DNA from: an uncultured Actinomycetota bacterium
GTDB taxonomy: Bacteria; Actinomycetota; Actinomycetes; Mycobacteriales; SCTD01
NCBI GenBank assembly: GCA_963784705.1
Contig: CAWASC010000008.1
Coordinates: 538,141 to 602,140 of the forward strand
DNA length: 64,000 nucleotides
Direction: 5' to 3'
A model generated the notes under the pieces. It had not been told where the DNA came from and did not search any database. It was given only the letters and a program-made list of their open reading frames with translations. Of this stretch, positions 1 to 8,125 are shown in pieces. Position numbers and translations under genes: made by a program. Position 1 is the stretch's first letter; each line of letters opens with the position of its first letter.

Positions 1-218
1 GCGCCTCGGCTGTGCCACCCCCGCCCTCTCCCACCCTCCTCGCACCGTCCCCTCCCCCCTTCCGAAACCGTCCGAAAAGTTCTCGTGTGCGCTCGTTCGC
101 GGTTTCGAACAGTTCGAGAGGGGCGAAGGCGCCGGGCGCGAGGCGTACGGCGCACGCTTCCGGGGCAGGTCGGGTCGGACAGCACCGGCAGCGGACCTGC
201 CCTGACCCAGGAGCGATC

Positions 219-401
219 ATGAGCGACGACACCAGCAGCACCCAGCCGGCCGGCGAGGGCGTGACCGACGAGCAGATGGTCCAGCAGGTCGCGGACCAGA
301 CCTCGAGCGACCTCAAGGCCGAGGACGTGTTCGAGCGGGAGAACGACGGCACCGACACCGACGAGCCCGCCACCGAGGTCACGGCCGACGACCTGACCTG
401 A
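219..401 (+). CDS. small highly acidic hypothetical protein (60 aa)
   Basis: ATG at 219 with GGAGCG a few nt upstream. The protein is Asp/Glu/Thr-rich. The upstream part of the 12..401 ORF is Pro/Arg-rich and looks non-coding. No family recognised. Confidence 0.5.
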   Translation: MSDDTSSTQPAGEGVTDEQMVQQVADQTSSDLKAEDVFERENDGTDTDEPATEVTADDLT

Positions 402-481
402 GCACCCCCCGCGGTGTCGGACACCTCCGGGGCGCGGCGGCTCGGCGGGAGGGGGGCTCGGCGGGGCTCGGCGGGAGGGGG

Positions 482-1633
482 TCACACGCCGATGCGGCGG
501 GCGATGACCTCGTTCATGATCTCGTCGGTCCCGCCGCCGATGCGCAGGATGCGGCTGTCCCGGTAGTGCCGCTCCACCTCTGACTCGCGCATGTAGCCAA
601 GGCCCCCGAACAGCTGTACGGCCTGGTCGACGACGTGGTCACAGGCCGCGCACGCGGTGTTCTTCGCCATCGACACCTCGGTGACCGCGGCGTCGAGGGC
701 GTCCCCGCCGTCCAGCCACGCGTCGTACGCCGCTCGGGTGGTCGTCCTGGCGACCCACACCTGACGGGCCATCTCTGCGAGCGCGTGACGGACCACCTGC
801 CGGCTGGCCAGCGGACGGCCGAACGTCTCCCGGTCCTTGACCCACTGCAGGGTCAGGTCCAGGCAGCGCTGCGCGGTTGCCCACGCTTGCGTGGCGAGCG
901 CGAGTCGCTCGCTCTGGAACTGCTGCATGATCAGCACGAAGCCGCCGTTCTCCGGCCCGACGAGGTTGCCCCGCGGCACCCGTACGCCGTCGAAGGAGAG
1001 CTCGGCGGTGTCGCTGGACCGCCAGCCCATCTTGTCCAGCGGCCCGCTGACGCTGAAGCCAGGCGTGCCCTTCTCGATGACCAGCAGGCTGATACCGCCG
1101 TGCCCGCCTTCGCCGGTGCGGACCGCCGTCGTGACGAAGTCAGCCCTGATCCCGCTGGTGATGTAGGTCTTGGCCCCGTCGACGACGTACTCGTCACCGT
1201 CCAGGCGCGCCGTCGTGCGGAGTCCCGCGACGTCGGAGCCACCGCCCGGTTCGGTGACCGCCAGTGCGCCGATCAGGTCGCCGGCGAGGGTCGGGCGAAC
1301 CCACCGGTCGACCTGCTCCGGCGTCCCCACGCGCGCCAGGTGAGGCACGGCGATGCCGTGGGTGAACAGGCTGGCAACCACGCCGCCTGAGCCACCACCG
1401 AGCAGGATCTCCTCAGCCACGATCGCGGCGTCCACGGCGTCGCCGCCCGACCCGCCCACCTGCTCGGCGAACCCCGCGCCGAGCACTCCTGCGTCGGCGA
1501 ACGTCCGGTGCAGCGACCGGGGGAGCAACCCCTCGCGCTCCCAGTCCGCGACGTGCGGGGCGATCTCCTTCGCGGTCAGGTCGCGGGCGAGGGCACGCAG
1601 GGCCCGCCGCTCCGGGGTGTCCCAGCGGCTCAT
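482..1633 (-). CDS. acyl-CoA dehydrogenase
   Basis: 383 aa from ATG 1633 (MSRWDTPERRAL...). Shows ACAD hallmarks (TEPGGGSDVAG, C-terminal RILRIGGGTDEIMNEVIARRIGV). The first 160 aa of the 543-aa track ORF are Arg/Gly junk. ATGA overlap with the upstream gene. Confidence 0.9.
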   Translation of the reverse strand: MSRWDTPERRALRALARDLTAKEIAPHVADWEREGLLPRSLHRTFADAGVLGAGFAEQVGGSGGDAVDAAIVAEEILLGGGSGGVVASLFTHGIAVPHLARVGTPEQVDRWVRPTLAGDLIGALAVTEPGGGSDVAGLRTTARLDGDEYVVDGAKTYITSGIRADFVTTAVRTGEGGHGGISLLVIEKGTPGFSVSGPLDKMGWRSSDTAELSFDGVRVPRGNLVGPENGGFVLIMQQFQSERLALATQAWATAQRCLDLTLQWVKDRETFGRPLASRQVVRHALAEMARQVWVARTTTRAAYDAWLDGGDALDAAVTEVSMAKNTACAACDHVVDQAVQLFGGLGYMRESEVERHYRDSRILRIGGGTDEIMNEVIARRIGV

Positions 1634-2397
1634 CGCGGTTCCCGCCCGGCGGTCGGCAGTCCGGCGAAGCACTGGGCGTGGTCGAGCCAGTCGTCCGCCA
1701 GCGGTCCGGTGGCCACGAGCCCGGTGTCCTGACGGTGCCGTCGCTGGGTGACCCGCAGGCAGAAGTCCTCGGCGCTGCCCTCGACGGCGTCCGCTCCCTC
1801 GCCCCACTCCCAGGTGCTTCCGTCGGGAGCCTGCAGGGTGACGCGCACCTCCCCCTCCGGCACCGGCATCCCGCGTACGGCGTAGGAGAAGCCCCGGGTC
1901 CGCACGCCGAGGTGGGCGATGTGCTTGAGCCGGGCGGTCGAGGTGCGTTGTGCGCCGAGGGCGTCCACGACGTCCTGCCCGTGTGCCCAGTACTCCATGA
2001 GGCGGGCGGTCGCACTGGACACCGGGCTCATCGGCGGGCCGTACCAGGGCACCTTCACGCCCTCGGGGAGGCCGGCCAGCGCGCCGAGCAGGGCCCGGAA
2101 CTCCTTGCCCCACAGGTCCTCCAGCGCGTCACGGGTGAGTCCTCTGCCGGCCTCGAGCCAACCATCGAGGAACGCGACGGGATCTGCCAGCACCGTGGGC
2201 AGCTCAGCACTGAACGCCTCGGGGTCCGTCGCCGCGAGCGCCGCCTTGCGGTCGCCGACGAGCAGGTGGCTCACGACATCGCGCACGTCCCACGGCTCGG
2301 AGGGGACGGCGAGGTCGAGGTCGGACTGCGCGACCCAGCCCCGCAGGTCCTGGTGCTCGGCCTCGAGATCGGCCAGCAGGGCAGCGAGCACAGGCAC
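1630..2397 (-). CDS. DinB/mycothiol-dependent maleylpyruvate-isomerase-like metal-binding protein (TIGR03084-like, from memory)
   Basis: 255 aa with a 4-nt overlap onto the acyl-CoA dehydrogenase. The N-terminal DinB-like helix bundle pattern is a family commonly linked to ACAD/carboxylase clusters in actinobacteria. Confidence 0.7.
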   Translation of the reverse strand: MPVLAALLADLEAEHQDLRGWVAQSDLDLAVPSEPWDVRDVVSHLLVGDRKAALAATDPEAFSAELPTVLADPVAFLDGWLEAGRGLTRDALEDLWGKEFRALLGALAGLPEGVKVPWYGPPMSPVSSATARLMEYWAHGQDVVDALGAQRTSTARLKHIAHLGVRTRGFSYAVRGMPVPEGEVRVTLQAPDGSTWEWGEGADAVEGSAEDFCLRVTQRRHRQDTGLVATGPLADDWLDHAQCFAGLPTAGREPR

Positions 2398-2443
2398 CTC
2401 CGGGTGCGGAACGCGGTCAGTGAACGCAGGCTAACCTGGGGTC

Positions 2444-2983
2444 GTGACCACGGCCGCTCCCCGTCGCGCCCTGCTGCTCGAGGCAGCGGCAGACCTGTTT
2501 GCTGCCAAGGGATTTCATGCCGTGGGCATCGACGACATCGGGACGGCTGCAGGCATCAGCGGGCCGGGGGTCTACCGGCACTTCCCGTCCAAGCAGGCAC
2601 TGCTGGAGACCCTCGTCGAGGACACGATGAACCGGATGCTGACCCGCGTGCGCGGGGTGCACGACCTCGGCGACCTCGTCGACGAGCACGTGCACCTGGT
2701 GGTCACGGAGCGGGCGCTGATCAGCGTCTGGGTGCGCGAGCAGCGATCCCTGGGCGACGCGGTGCGGCGGTCCCTGCGGCGGCGGATGAGGACCTACGAG
2801 CAGGTGTGGCAGCAGGCACTGGAGCCGCGGCGCCCCGACCTCGACCCGCCGAGCCTGGCCCTCACGGTCGGCGCAGCCCTCGCGATGCTGAACACGTCCT
2901 CACTGATCGACTCACCCCTGCGCCCCGACGAGCGCGCAGCCGTCCTGCGCCGACAGGCCCTCGCCGCACTCCTGGCGGAGTGA
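2444..2983 (+). CDS. TetR family transcriptional regulator
   Basis: N-terminal HTH FAAKGFHAVGIDDIGTAAGISGPGVYRHFPSKQALL. Divergent from the ACAD operon. Confidence 0.9.
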   Translation: MTTAAPRRALLLEAAADLFAAKGFHAVGIDDIGTAAGISGPGVYRHFPSKQALLETLVEDTMNRMLTRVRGVHDLGDLVDEHVHLVVTERALISVWVREQRSLGDAVRRSLRRRMRTYEQVWQQALEPRRPDLDPPSLALTVGAALAMLNTSSLIDSPLRPDERAAVLRRQALAALLAE

Positions 2984-2985
2984 TC

Positions 2986-3444
2986 TCAGGTCGCCACAGA
3001 GGGCTGGCCGTCCTGCCGTGCCTGCGCGAAGTGGGAGGCGTCGACCACGACGAACAGCGCCCGAGCGGTGAACGCGACGGTGCCCTGCGGGTCGCGGCCC
3101 TCGGCCCGGACCCACAGCTTTCGTCCCTCGAAGCTGTCGATGACCGCGACCACGTCGTACGCGACCCCGAGCAGCGCGGGCAACAGGTAGTCGACCTCGA
3201 GCCGGCGGGTCACCGCCGGTGCGCGGATGACGAACAGCGCGAAGCCGCACACGTCGTCGAGCAGACTCGCCACCAGCCCGCCGTGCACGATCCCCGGAGC
3301 GCCGGCGTGCTCGGCCGCGAAGGTGTAGCGGACGTGGATGTCGTCGCCCACCCGGAAGGGCACCAGGTGCAGGCCCTGTGGCGCCTGGGGTCCGCAGCCG
3401 AAGCAGCCCGGGTGGTGCGGCGGCAGCGCGACCGGCTCAGACAC
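2986..3444 (-). CDS. PaaI-family (hotdog fold) thioesterase
   Basis: 152 aa with the GIVHGGLVASLLDD motif. 8-nt overlap with the upstream ACAD gene. Confidence 0.8.
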   Translation of the reverse strand: MSEPVALPPHHPGCFGCGPQAPQGLHLVPFRVGDDIHVRYTFAAEHAGAPGIVHGGLVASLLDDVCGFALFVIRAPAVTRRLEVDYLLPALLGVAYDVVAVIDSFEGRKLWVRAEGRDPQGTVAFTARALFVVVDASHFAQARQDGQPSVAT

Positions 3445-4579
3445 CGAGCGACCGGCCGATGATCTCCTTCATGATCTCGGTGGTCCCGCCGTAGATCGTC
3501 TGCACCCGCGAGTCGACGAACGCCTTGGCGACGGGGTACTCCAGCATGTAGCCGTAGCCGCCGTGCAGCTGCACGCACTGGTCGACCACCCGCTTCTGCA
3601 GCTCGGTGGTCCACCACTTGGCCATGGCGGCGTCCTTGACGTCGAACGCACCGGCGTTGTGGTCGGCGATGGCCTTGTCCAGGAAGTGCTCGGCGATGCA
3701 CACCTCGGTCTCCATCTCGGCCAGCACGAACCGGGAGTGCTGGAAGGAGCCGATCGGCTTGCCGAACGCCTTGCGCTGCTTGCAGTACTCCACGGTCAGG
3801 TCCAGCACCTTGCGGGCTGCCGCGACCGCGACGACCGCGATGGACAGGCGCTCCTGCGGCAGGCAGTCCATGAGGTGCAGGAACCCCTGCCCCTCGGCCC
3901 CGACCAGGTTGGTGGCCGGCACCCGCACGTTGTCGAAGAACAGCTCGGCGGTGTCCTGCGCCTTCATACCGACCTTGTCGAGGTTGCGCCCTCGCTCGAA
4001 GCCGGGCATCCCCCGCTCGAGGGCGAGCAGGCTGAAGCCCCGCGCACCCGCCGCGGGGTCGGTCTGGGCGACCACGAGGACGAGGTCGGCGAGGATCCCG
4101 TTGGTGATGAAGGTCTTGCTGCCGTTGACGACCCAGTCGTCCCCGTCGCGCTTGGCGGAGGTCTTGATGCCCTGCAGGTCGCTGCCCGTCCCCGGCTCGG
4201 TCATGGCGATGGCGGTGATGAGCTCTCCCGACACGAACCCGGGGAGCCAGCGCTGCTTCTGCTCGTCGGTCGCGAGCTTGAGCAGGTACGGCGCCGTCAC
4301 GTCGTTGTGCAGGGTGAAGCCGACGCCCGACCCACCGACGCGGGTGACCTCCTCACCGACGATCGCGTTGTAGCGGAAGTCCTTGACGCCGCCACCGCCG
4401 TACTCCTCGGGGACGTCGGTGCCGAGCATCCCCTGCTTGCCCGCCTCGAGCCACAGCTCGCGCGGGACGACCCCGTCCTTCTCCCACTCGGCGTGGTGCG
4501 GGGCGATTTGCTTCTCGCAGAACGAGCGCACGCTGGCCCGGAAGGCGTCGTGCTCGGACTCGTAGAGGGAACGCTGCAT
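3437..4579 (-). CDS. acyl-CoA dehydrogenase (isovaleryl-CoA dehydrogenase-like by context)
   Basis: 380 aa with full-length ACAD similarity (MTEPGTGSDLQGIKT, C-terminal YGGTTEIMKEIIGRSLGV). Divergent from the carboxylase genes. Confidence 0.9.
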   Translation of the reverse strand: MQRSLYESEHDAFRASVRSFCEKQIAPHHAEWEKDGVVPRELWLEAGKQGMLGTDVPEEYGGGGVKDFRYNAIVGEEVTRVGGSGVGFTLHNDVTAPYLLKLATDEQKQRWLPGFVSGELITAIAMTEPGTGSDLQGIKTSAKRDGDDWVVNGSKTFITNGILADLVLVVAQTDPAAGARGFSLLALERGMPGFERGRNLDKVGMKAQDTAELFFDNVRVPATNLVGAEGQGFLHLMDCLPQERLSIAVVAVAAARKVLDLTVEYCKQRKAFGKPIGSFQHSRFVLAEMETEVCIAEHFLDKAIADHNAGAFDVKDAAMAKWWTTELQKRVVDQCVQLHGGYGYMLEYPVAKAFVDSRVQTIYGGTTEIMKEIIGRSLGV

Positions 4580-4625
4580 GACGCCATGCTAACCACGGTT
4601 CACAGACCTCCACTACGGTGTCGAC

Positions 4626-6205
4626 ATGACCGCCTGGGTGTCCCGTCCCGACGCGCTGTCCGACGAGCGGCGTACGGCCATGCTCGAGCAGATCGCCTTG
4701 CTCGAGACCGAGCTGGACAAGGCTCGCGCCGGTGGCGGCGACAAGTACGTCGCCCGTCACCGGGCGCGCGGCAAGCTGCTCCCGCGCGAGAGGATCGAGC
4801 TGCTGCTGGACCGTGATGCGCCGTTCCTCGAGCTCATGCCGGTCGCTGCCTACGGGTCCTCCTTCCCGGTCGGCGCATCGCTGGTCTGCGGCATCGGGCG
4901 GGTGCACGGAGTCGACGTGATGGTGATGGCGAACGACCCGACCGTCCGGGGTGGTGCGTCGAACCCGATGAGCGCGAAGAAGACCGGGCGGGCCATGGAC
5001 ATCTGCCGGGAGAACCGGCTGCCCCTGGTGTTCCTCGTCGAGTCCGGGGGCGCGGACCTGCCGACCCAGGCAGAGATCTTCATCCCCGGCGGCGCGATGT
5101 TCCGCAACCTCACCCAGCTGTCGGCGGCAGGTGTCCCGACCGTGGCCCTGGTCTTCGGCAACTCCACCGCCGGCGGTGCCTACGTTCCTGGGATGAGCGA
5201 CCACGTCGTGATGGTGCGCGAGAAGGCGAAGGTGTTCCTCGGTGGACCGCCGCTGGTGAAGATGGCCACCGGGGAGGACAGCGACGACGAGTCCCTCGGC
5301 GGCGCCGAGATGCACGCCCGCACGAGCGGGCTGGCGGACCACCTGGCCGAGGACGAGGTCGACTGCCTGCGGATCGGGCGGGACATCATCCGGCGCCTCA
5401 ACCTGGCACCGGCGACGGAGCGGTCCTCCCCCTCCCCCGGTACGACGAGGAGGAGCTGCTCGCGATCGCGTCCACCGACCTGCGGGTCCCGTTCGACCCG
5501 CGCGAGGTCCTGGCGCGGGTCGTCGACGACAGCGATCTCGACGAGTTCAAGCCGCTCTACGGCACCTCCCTGGTGACCTGCTGGGCGAGCATCCACGGCT
5601 GGCCGGTCGGGGTGCTCGCCAACGCCCGTGGCGTGCTGTTCGGCGAGGAGGCCGAGAAGGCCGCGCAGTTCATCGCGCTGGCGAACTCCAGCAACACCCC
5701 GCTGGTGTTCCTGCAGAACACCACCGGCTACATGGTCGGCGCGACCTACGAGCAGAACGGGATCATCAAGGACGGCGCGCGGATGATCAACGCCGTCAGC
5801 AACTCGACGGTCCCCCACCTGACCGTGGTGATCGGCGCGTCGTACGGCGCGGGGAACTACGGCATGTGCGGGAGGGCGTTCAACCCCCGCTTCCTGTTCT
5901 CCTGGCCGCACGCGAAGTCCGCCGTGATGGGTCCGGCGCAGCTGGCCGGGGTGCTGTCGATCGTCGGCCGCGAGTCCGCCGCCTCCCGCGGGCTGCCCTA
6001 CGACGAGGAGCAGGACGCCGCGATGCGCCAGCTCGTGGAGGCGCAGATCGAAGCGGAGTCGCTGGCCCTGGCCAATTCCGGCCGGGTGTACGACGACGGG
6101 ATCATCGACCCGCGGGACACCAGGACGGTGCTGGGCTACTGCCTGTCGCTGGTCAACGCGACGCCGTTCCAGGGCGTTCGCGGTGGGTTCGGGGTGTTCC
6201 GGTGA
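4626..6205 (+). pseudogene. acyl-CoA carboxylase carboxyltransferase (beta) subunit, methylcrotonyl-CoA carboxylase-like; reading frame broken by a 1-nt deletion (or sequencing error)
   Basis: The N-terminal 2/3 lies in frame of 4626 and the C-terminal part (PRYDEEELLAIASTDLRVPFDPREVLARVVD...GWPVGVLAN...) in frame of 5573. The frames meet in the C5-T-C5 tract at 5428-5438. The span length of 1580 nt is not a multiple of 3. Confidence 0.9.
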
Positions 6206-8112
6206 AGCGCCTGCTGGTCGCCAACCGCGGTGAGATCGCGCGGCGCGTCTTCCGCACCTGCCGCGACCTCGGCATCTCCACGGTCGCGGTGTTCTCCGAC
6301 GCCGACGCAGACGCGCCGTTCGTCCGGGAGGCCGACCTCGCCGTCCACCTTCTGGGCAGCGCACCGGCGGACACCTACCTGCGCGCCGACCTGATCCTCG
6401 CCGCCGCAGCCGCCACCGGTGCCGACGCGGTGCACCCCGGCTACGGCTTCCTGTCCGAGAGCTCGGACTTCGCCCAGGCCGTCCTGGACGCCGGCCTGAC
6501 CTGGGTCGGACCACCGCCGGCCGCCATCGAGACCATGGGCTCCAAGCTCCGGTCCAAGGAGCTGATGGTCGCGGCGGGGGTGCCCTGCCTGCCGTCGTGG
6601 CGGGAGGCCGCCGAGGTCGCGTCCTTCCCGGTCCTGGTGAAGGCGAGCGCCGGCGGTGGCGGACGTGGCATGCGTGTCGTGCACTCCGCCGACGACCTCC
6701 CCACGGCCATCGACGCCGCCTCACGCGAGGCCGCGTCGGCGTTCGGCGACGGCACGGTCTTCCTCGAGAGGTACGTCGAGCACCCGCGCCACGTCGAGGT
6801 GCAGGTCCTGGCCGACACGCACGGCCACACCGTCGCGCTGTTCGAGCGCGACTGCACCGTGCAGCGACGCCACCAGAAGGTCATCGAGGAGGCGCCCTCC
6901 CCCGCCGTCACGCCGGCGCTGCGGGCCGAGCTCAGCGCGGCCGCGGTCGCCGCCGCGCAGGCTGTCTCCTACACCGGCGCCGGGACCGTGGAGTTCGTCC
7001 TCGAGCCCAGCGGCGCGTTCTTCTTCCTGGAGATGAACACCCGCCTGCAGGTCGAGCACCCGGTGACCGAGCTCGTGACCGGGCTCGACCTCGTCGCCCT
7101 GCAGCTGCTTGTCGCCGACGGCGGCGCCCTGCCTGCCGAGGTGCTCACGCCTGAGCTGCGCGGCCACGCGGTCGAGGCCCGGGTCTACGCCGAGAACGCC
7201 GACTACCTGCCGCAGACCGGGACGCTGTCACGCGTCACGTGGCCCGTTGGGGTGCGCGTCGACAGCGGCGTGGAGTCCGGTTCGGTCGTCGGCGTGCACT
7301 ACGACGCGATGCTCGCGAAGGTCATCGCGCACGGGGACACCCGGGAGCAGGCGACGGCGCGACTGGCCGCTGCCCTGGACCGCGCCCACCTGCACGGCGT
7401 CGTGACCAACCGCGACCTGCTCGTCGCCGTGCTGCGCTCCGACGCGTGGGTGAGCGGCGACCTCGACACGCACCTGCTCGACGACTTCCGCGCGCCCGCA
7501 CCCGACGACTCGGCCCACCGGCTGCACTGCCTGGCCGCTGCCCTGGCCGCGACGTGCGACCGCACCGGCGTGCTGCCGAGCGGCTGGCGCAATGTGCGCT
7601 CGCAGCCGCAGTGGACGTCGTACGACGGCACCCGAGTGGACTACTTCCTGACCCGTGACGGCGTGACCGCCTCGGTCGACGGCGTGGCTCTCGACGTACG
7701 CCTGTGGAGCCTGACGGCGGAGCGGGTGGACCTTTCCGTGGACGGCGTGCGCCTGCTGGTCGACGTGCACCTGTCCGCTCAGGAGGGCGACAGGACCTAC
7801 GTCGACTCCGTGCTCGGCCACAGCGCGCTGAGCGAGGACACCCGCTTCCCCATACCGGGATCGCAGGTGGCGGCGGGGTCGTTGACCGCGCCCATGCCGG
7901 GCACGGTCCTGCGGGTGCACGTCAGCGCGGGCGACGGCGTCGCCGCCGGCGACCCGTTAATGGTGCTGGAGGCGATGAAGATGGAGCACGCCGTCCGTGC
8001 GGTGGTCGGGGGAACGGTCACCGCCGTGCACGTCACCGCCGGCCAGCAGGTCGACGCCGGCGCCGTCCTCGTCGTCGTTGAGGACATCGTCGAGGACTTC
8101 GTCGAGGACTAG
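6202..8112 (+). CDS. acyl-CoA carboxylase alpha subunit (biotin carboxylase + biotin carboxyl carrier), methylcrotonyl-CoA carboxylase-like
   Basis: GTG 6202 overlaps the upstream stop (GTGA). VKRLLVANRGEIARR biotin carboxylase N-terminus, ATP-grasp domain, and C-terminal biotinylation motif EAMKMEH. Confidence 0.92.
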   Translation: MKRLLVANRGEIARRVFRTCRDLGISTVAVFSDADADAPFVREADLAVHLLGSAPADTYLRADLILAAAAATGADAVHPGYGFLSESSDFAQAVLDAGLTWVGPPPAAIETMGSKLRSKELMVAAGVPCLPSWREAAEVASFPVLVKASAGGGGRGMRVVHSADDLPTAIDAASREAASAFGDGTVFLERYVEHPRHVEVQVLADTHGHTVALFERDCTVQRRHQKVIEEAPSPAVTPALRAELSAAAVAAAQAVSYTGAGTVEFVLEPSGAFFFLEMNTRLQVEHPVTELVTGLDLVALQLLVADGGALPAEVLTPELRGHAVEARVYAENADYLPQTGTLSRVTWPVGVRVDSGVESGSVVGVHYDAMLAKVIAHGDTREQATARLAAALDRAHLHGVVTNRDLLVAVLRSDAWVSGDLDTHLLDDFRAPAPDDSAHRLHCLAAALAATCDRTGVLPSGWRNVRSQPQWTSYDGTRVDYFLTRDGVTASVDGVALDVRLWSLTAERVDLSVDGVRLLVDVHLSAQEGDRTYVDSVLGHSALSEDTRFPIPGSQVAAGSLTAPMPGTVLRVHVSAGDGVAAGDPLMVLEAMKMEHAVRAVVGGTVTAVHVTAGQQVDAGAVLVVVEDIVEDFVED

Positions 8113-8125
8113 CGTCGAGGACTAG
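8077..8125. repeat. 12-nt tandem repeat GTCGAGGACNNN, 4 copies, spanning both convergent stop codons
   Basis: The copies are gttgaggacatc / gtcgaggacttc / gtcgaggactag / (c) gtcgaggactag. They encode the VEDIVEDFVED tail of the carboxylase. The last copy supplies the stop of the convergent aldehyde dehydrogenase. Confidence 0.9.

Noticed and set aside
105-117. A LexA SOS box at TCGAAC-A-GTTCGA.
   Set aside because: The half-sites match but the spacer is 1 nt instead of the 4 nt required in the actinobacterial/Cheo-box consensus.
12-218. The N-terminal 69 residues of the 129-aa ORF 12..401 as part of a real protein.
   Set aside because: The segment is Pro/Arg/Ser-rich and crosses the AT-rich palindromic region (60-120). 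A good RBS precedes the internal ATG at 219.
2427-2443. An IdeR iron box (TTAGGTTAGGCTAACCTAA) suggested by AGGCTAACCT here, and by ACTAGGCTCGGCT just upstream of the ideR-like gene (60650-60664).
   Set aside because: Only one half-site matches. The other half shows about 2 of 7 identities, so a dimeric IdeR site is not supported. The shared GCTAACC motif is better explained as a TetR operator candidate.
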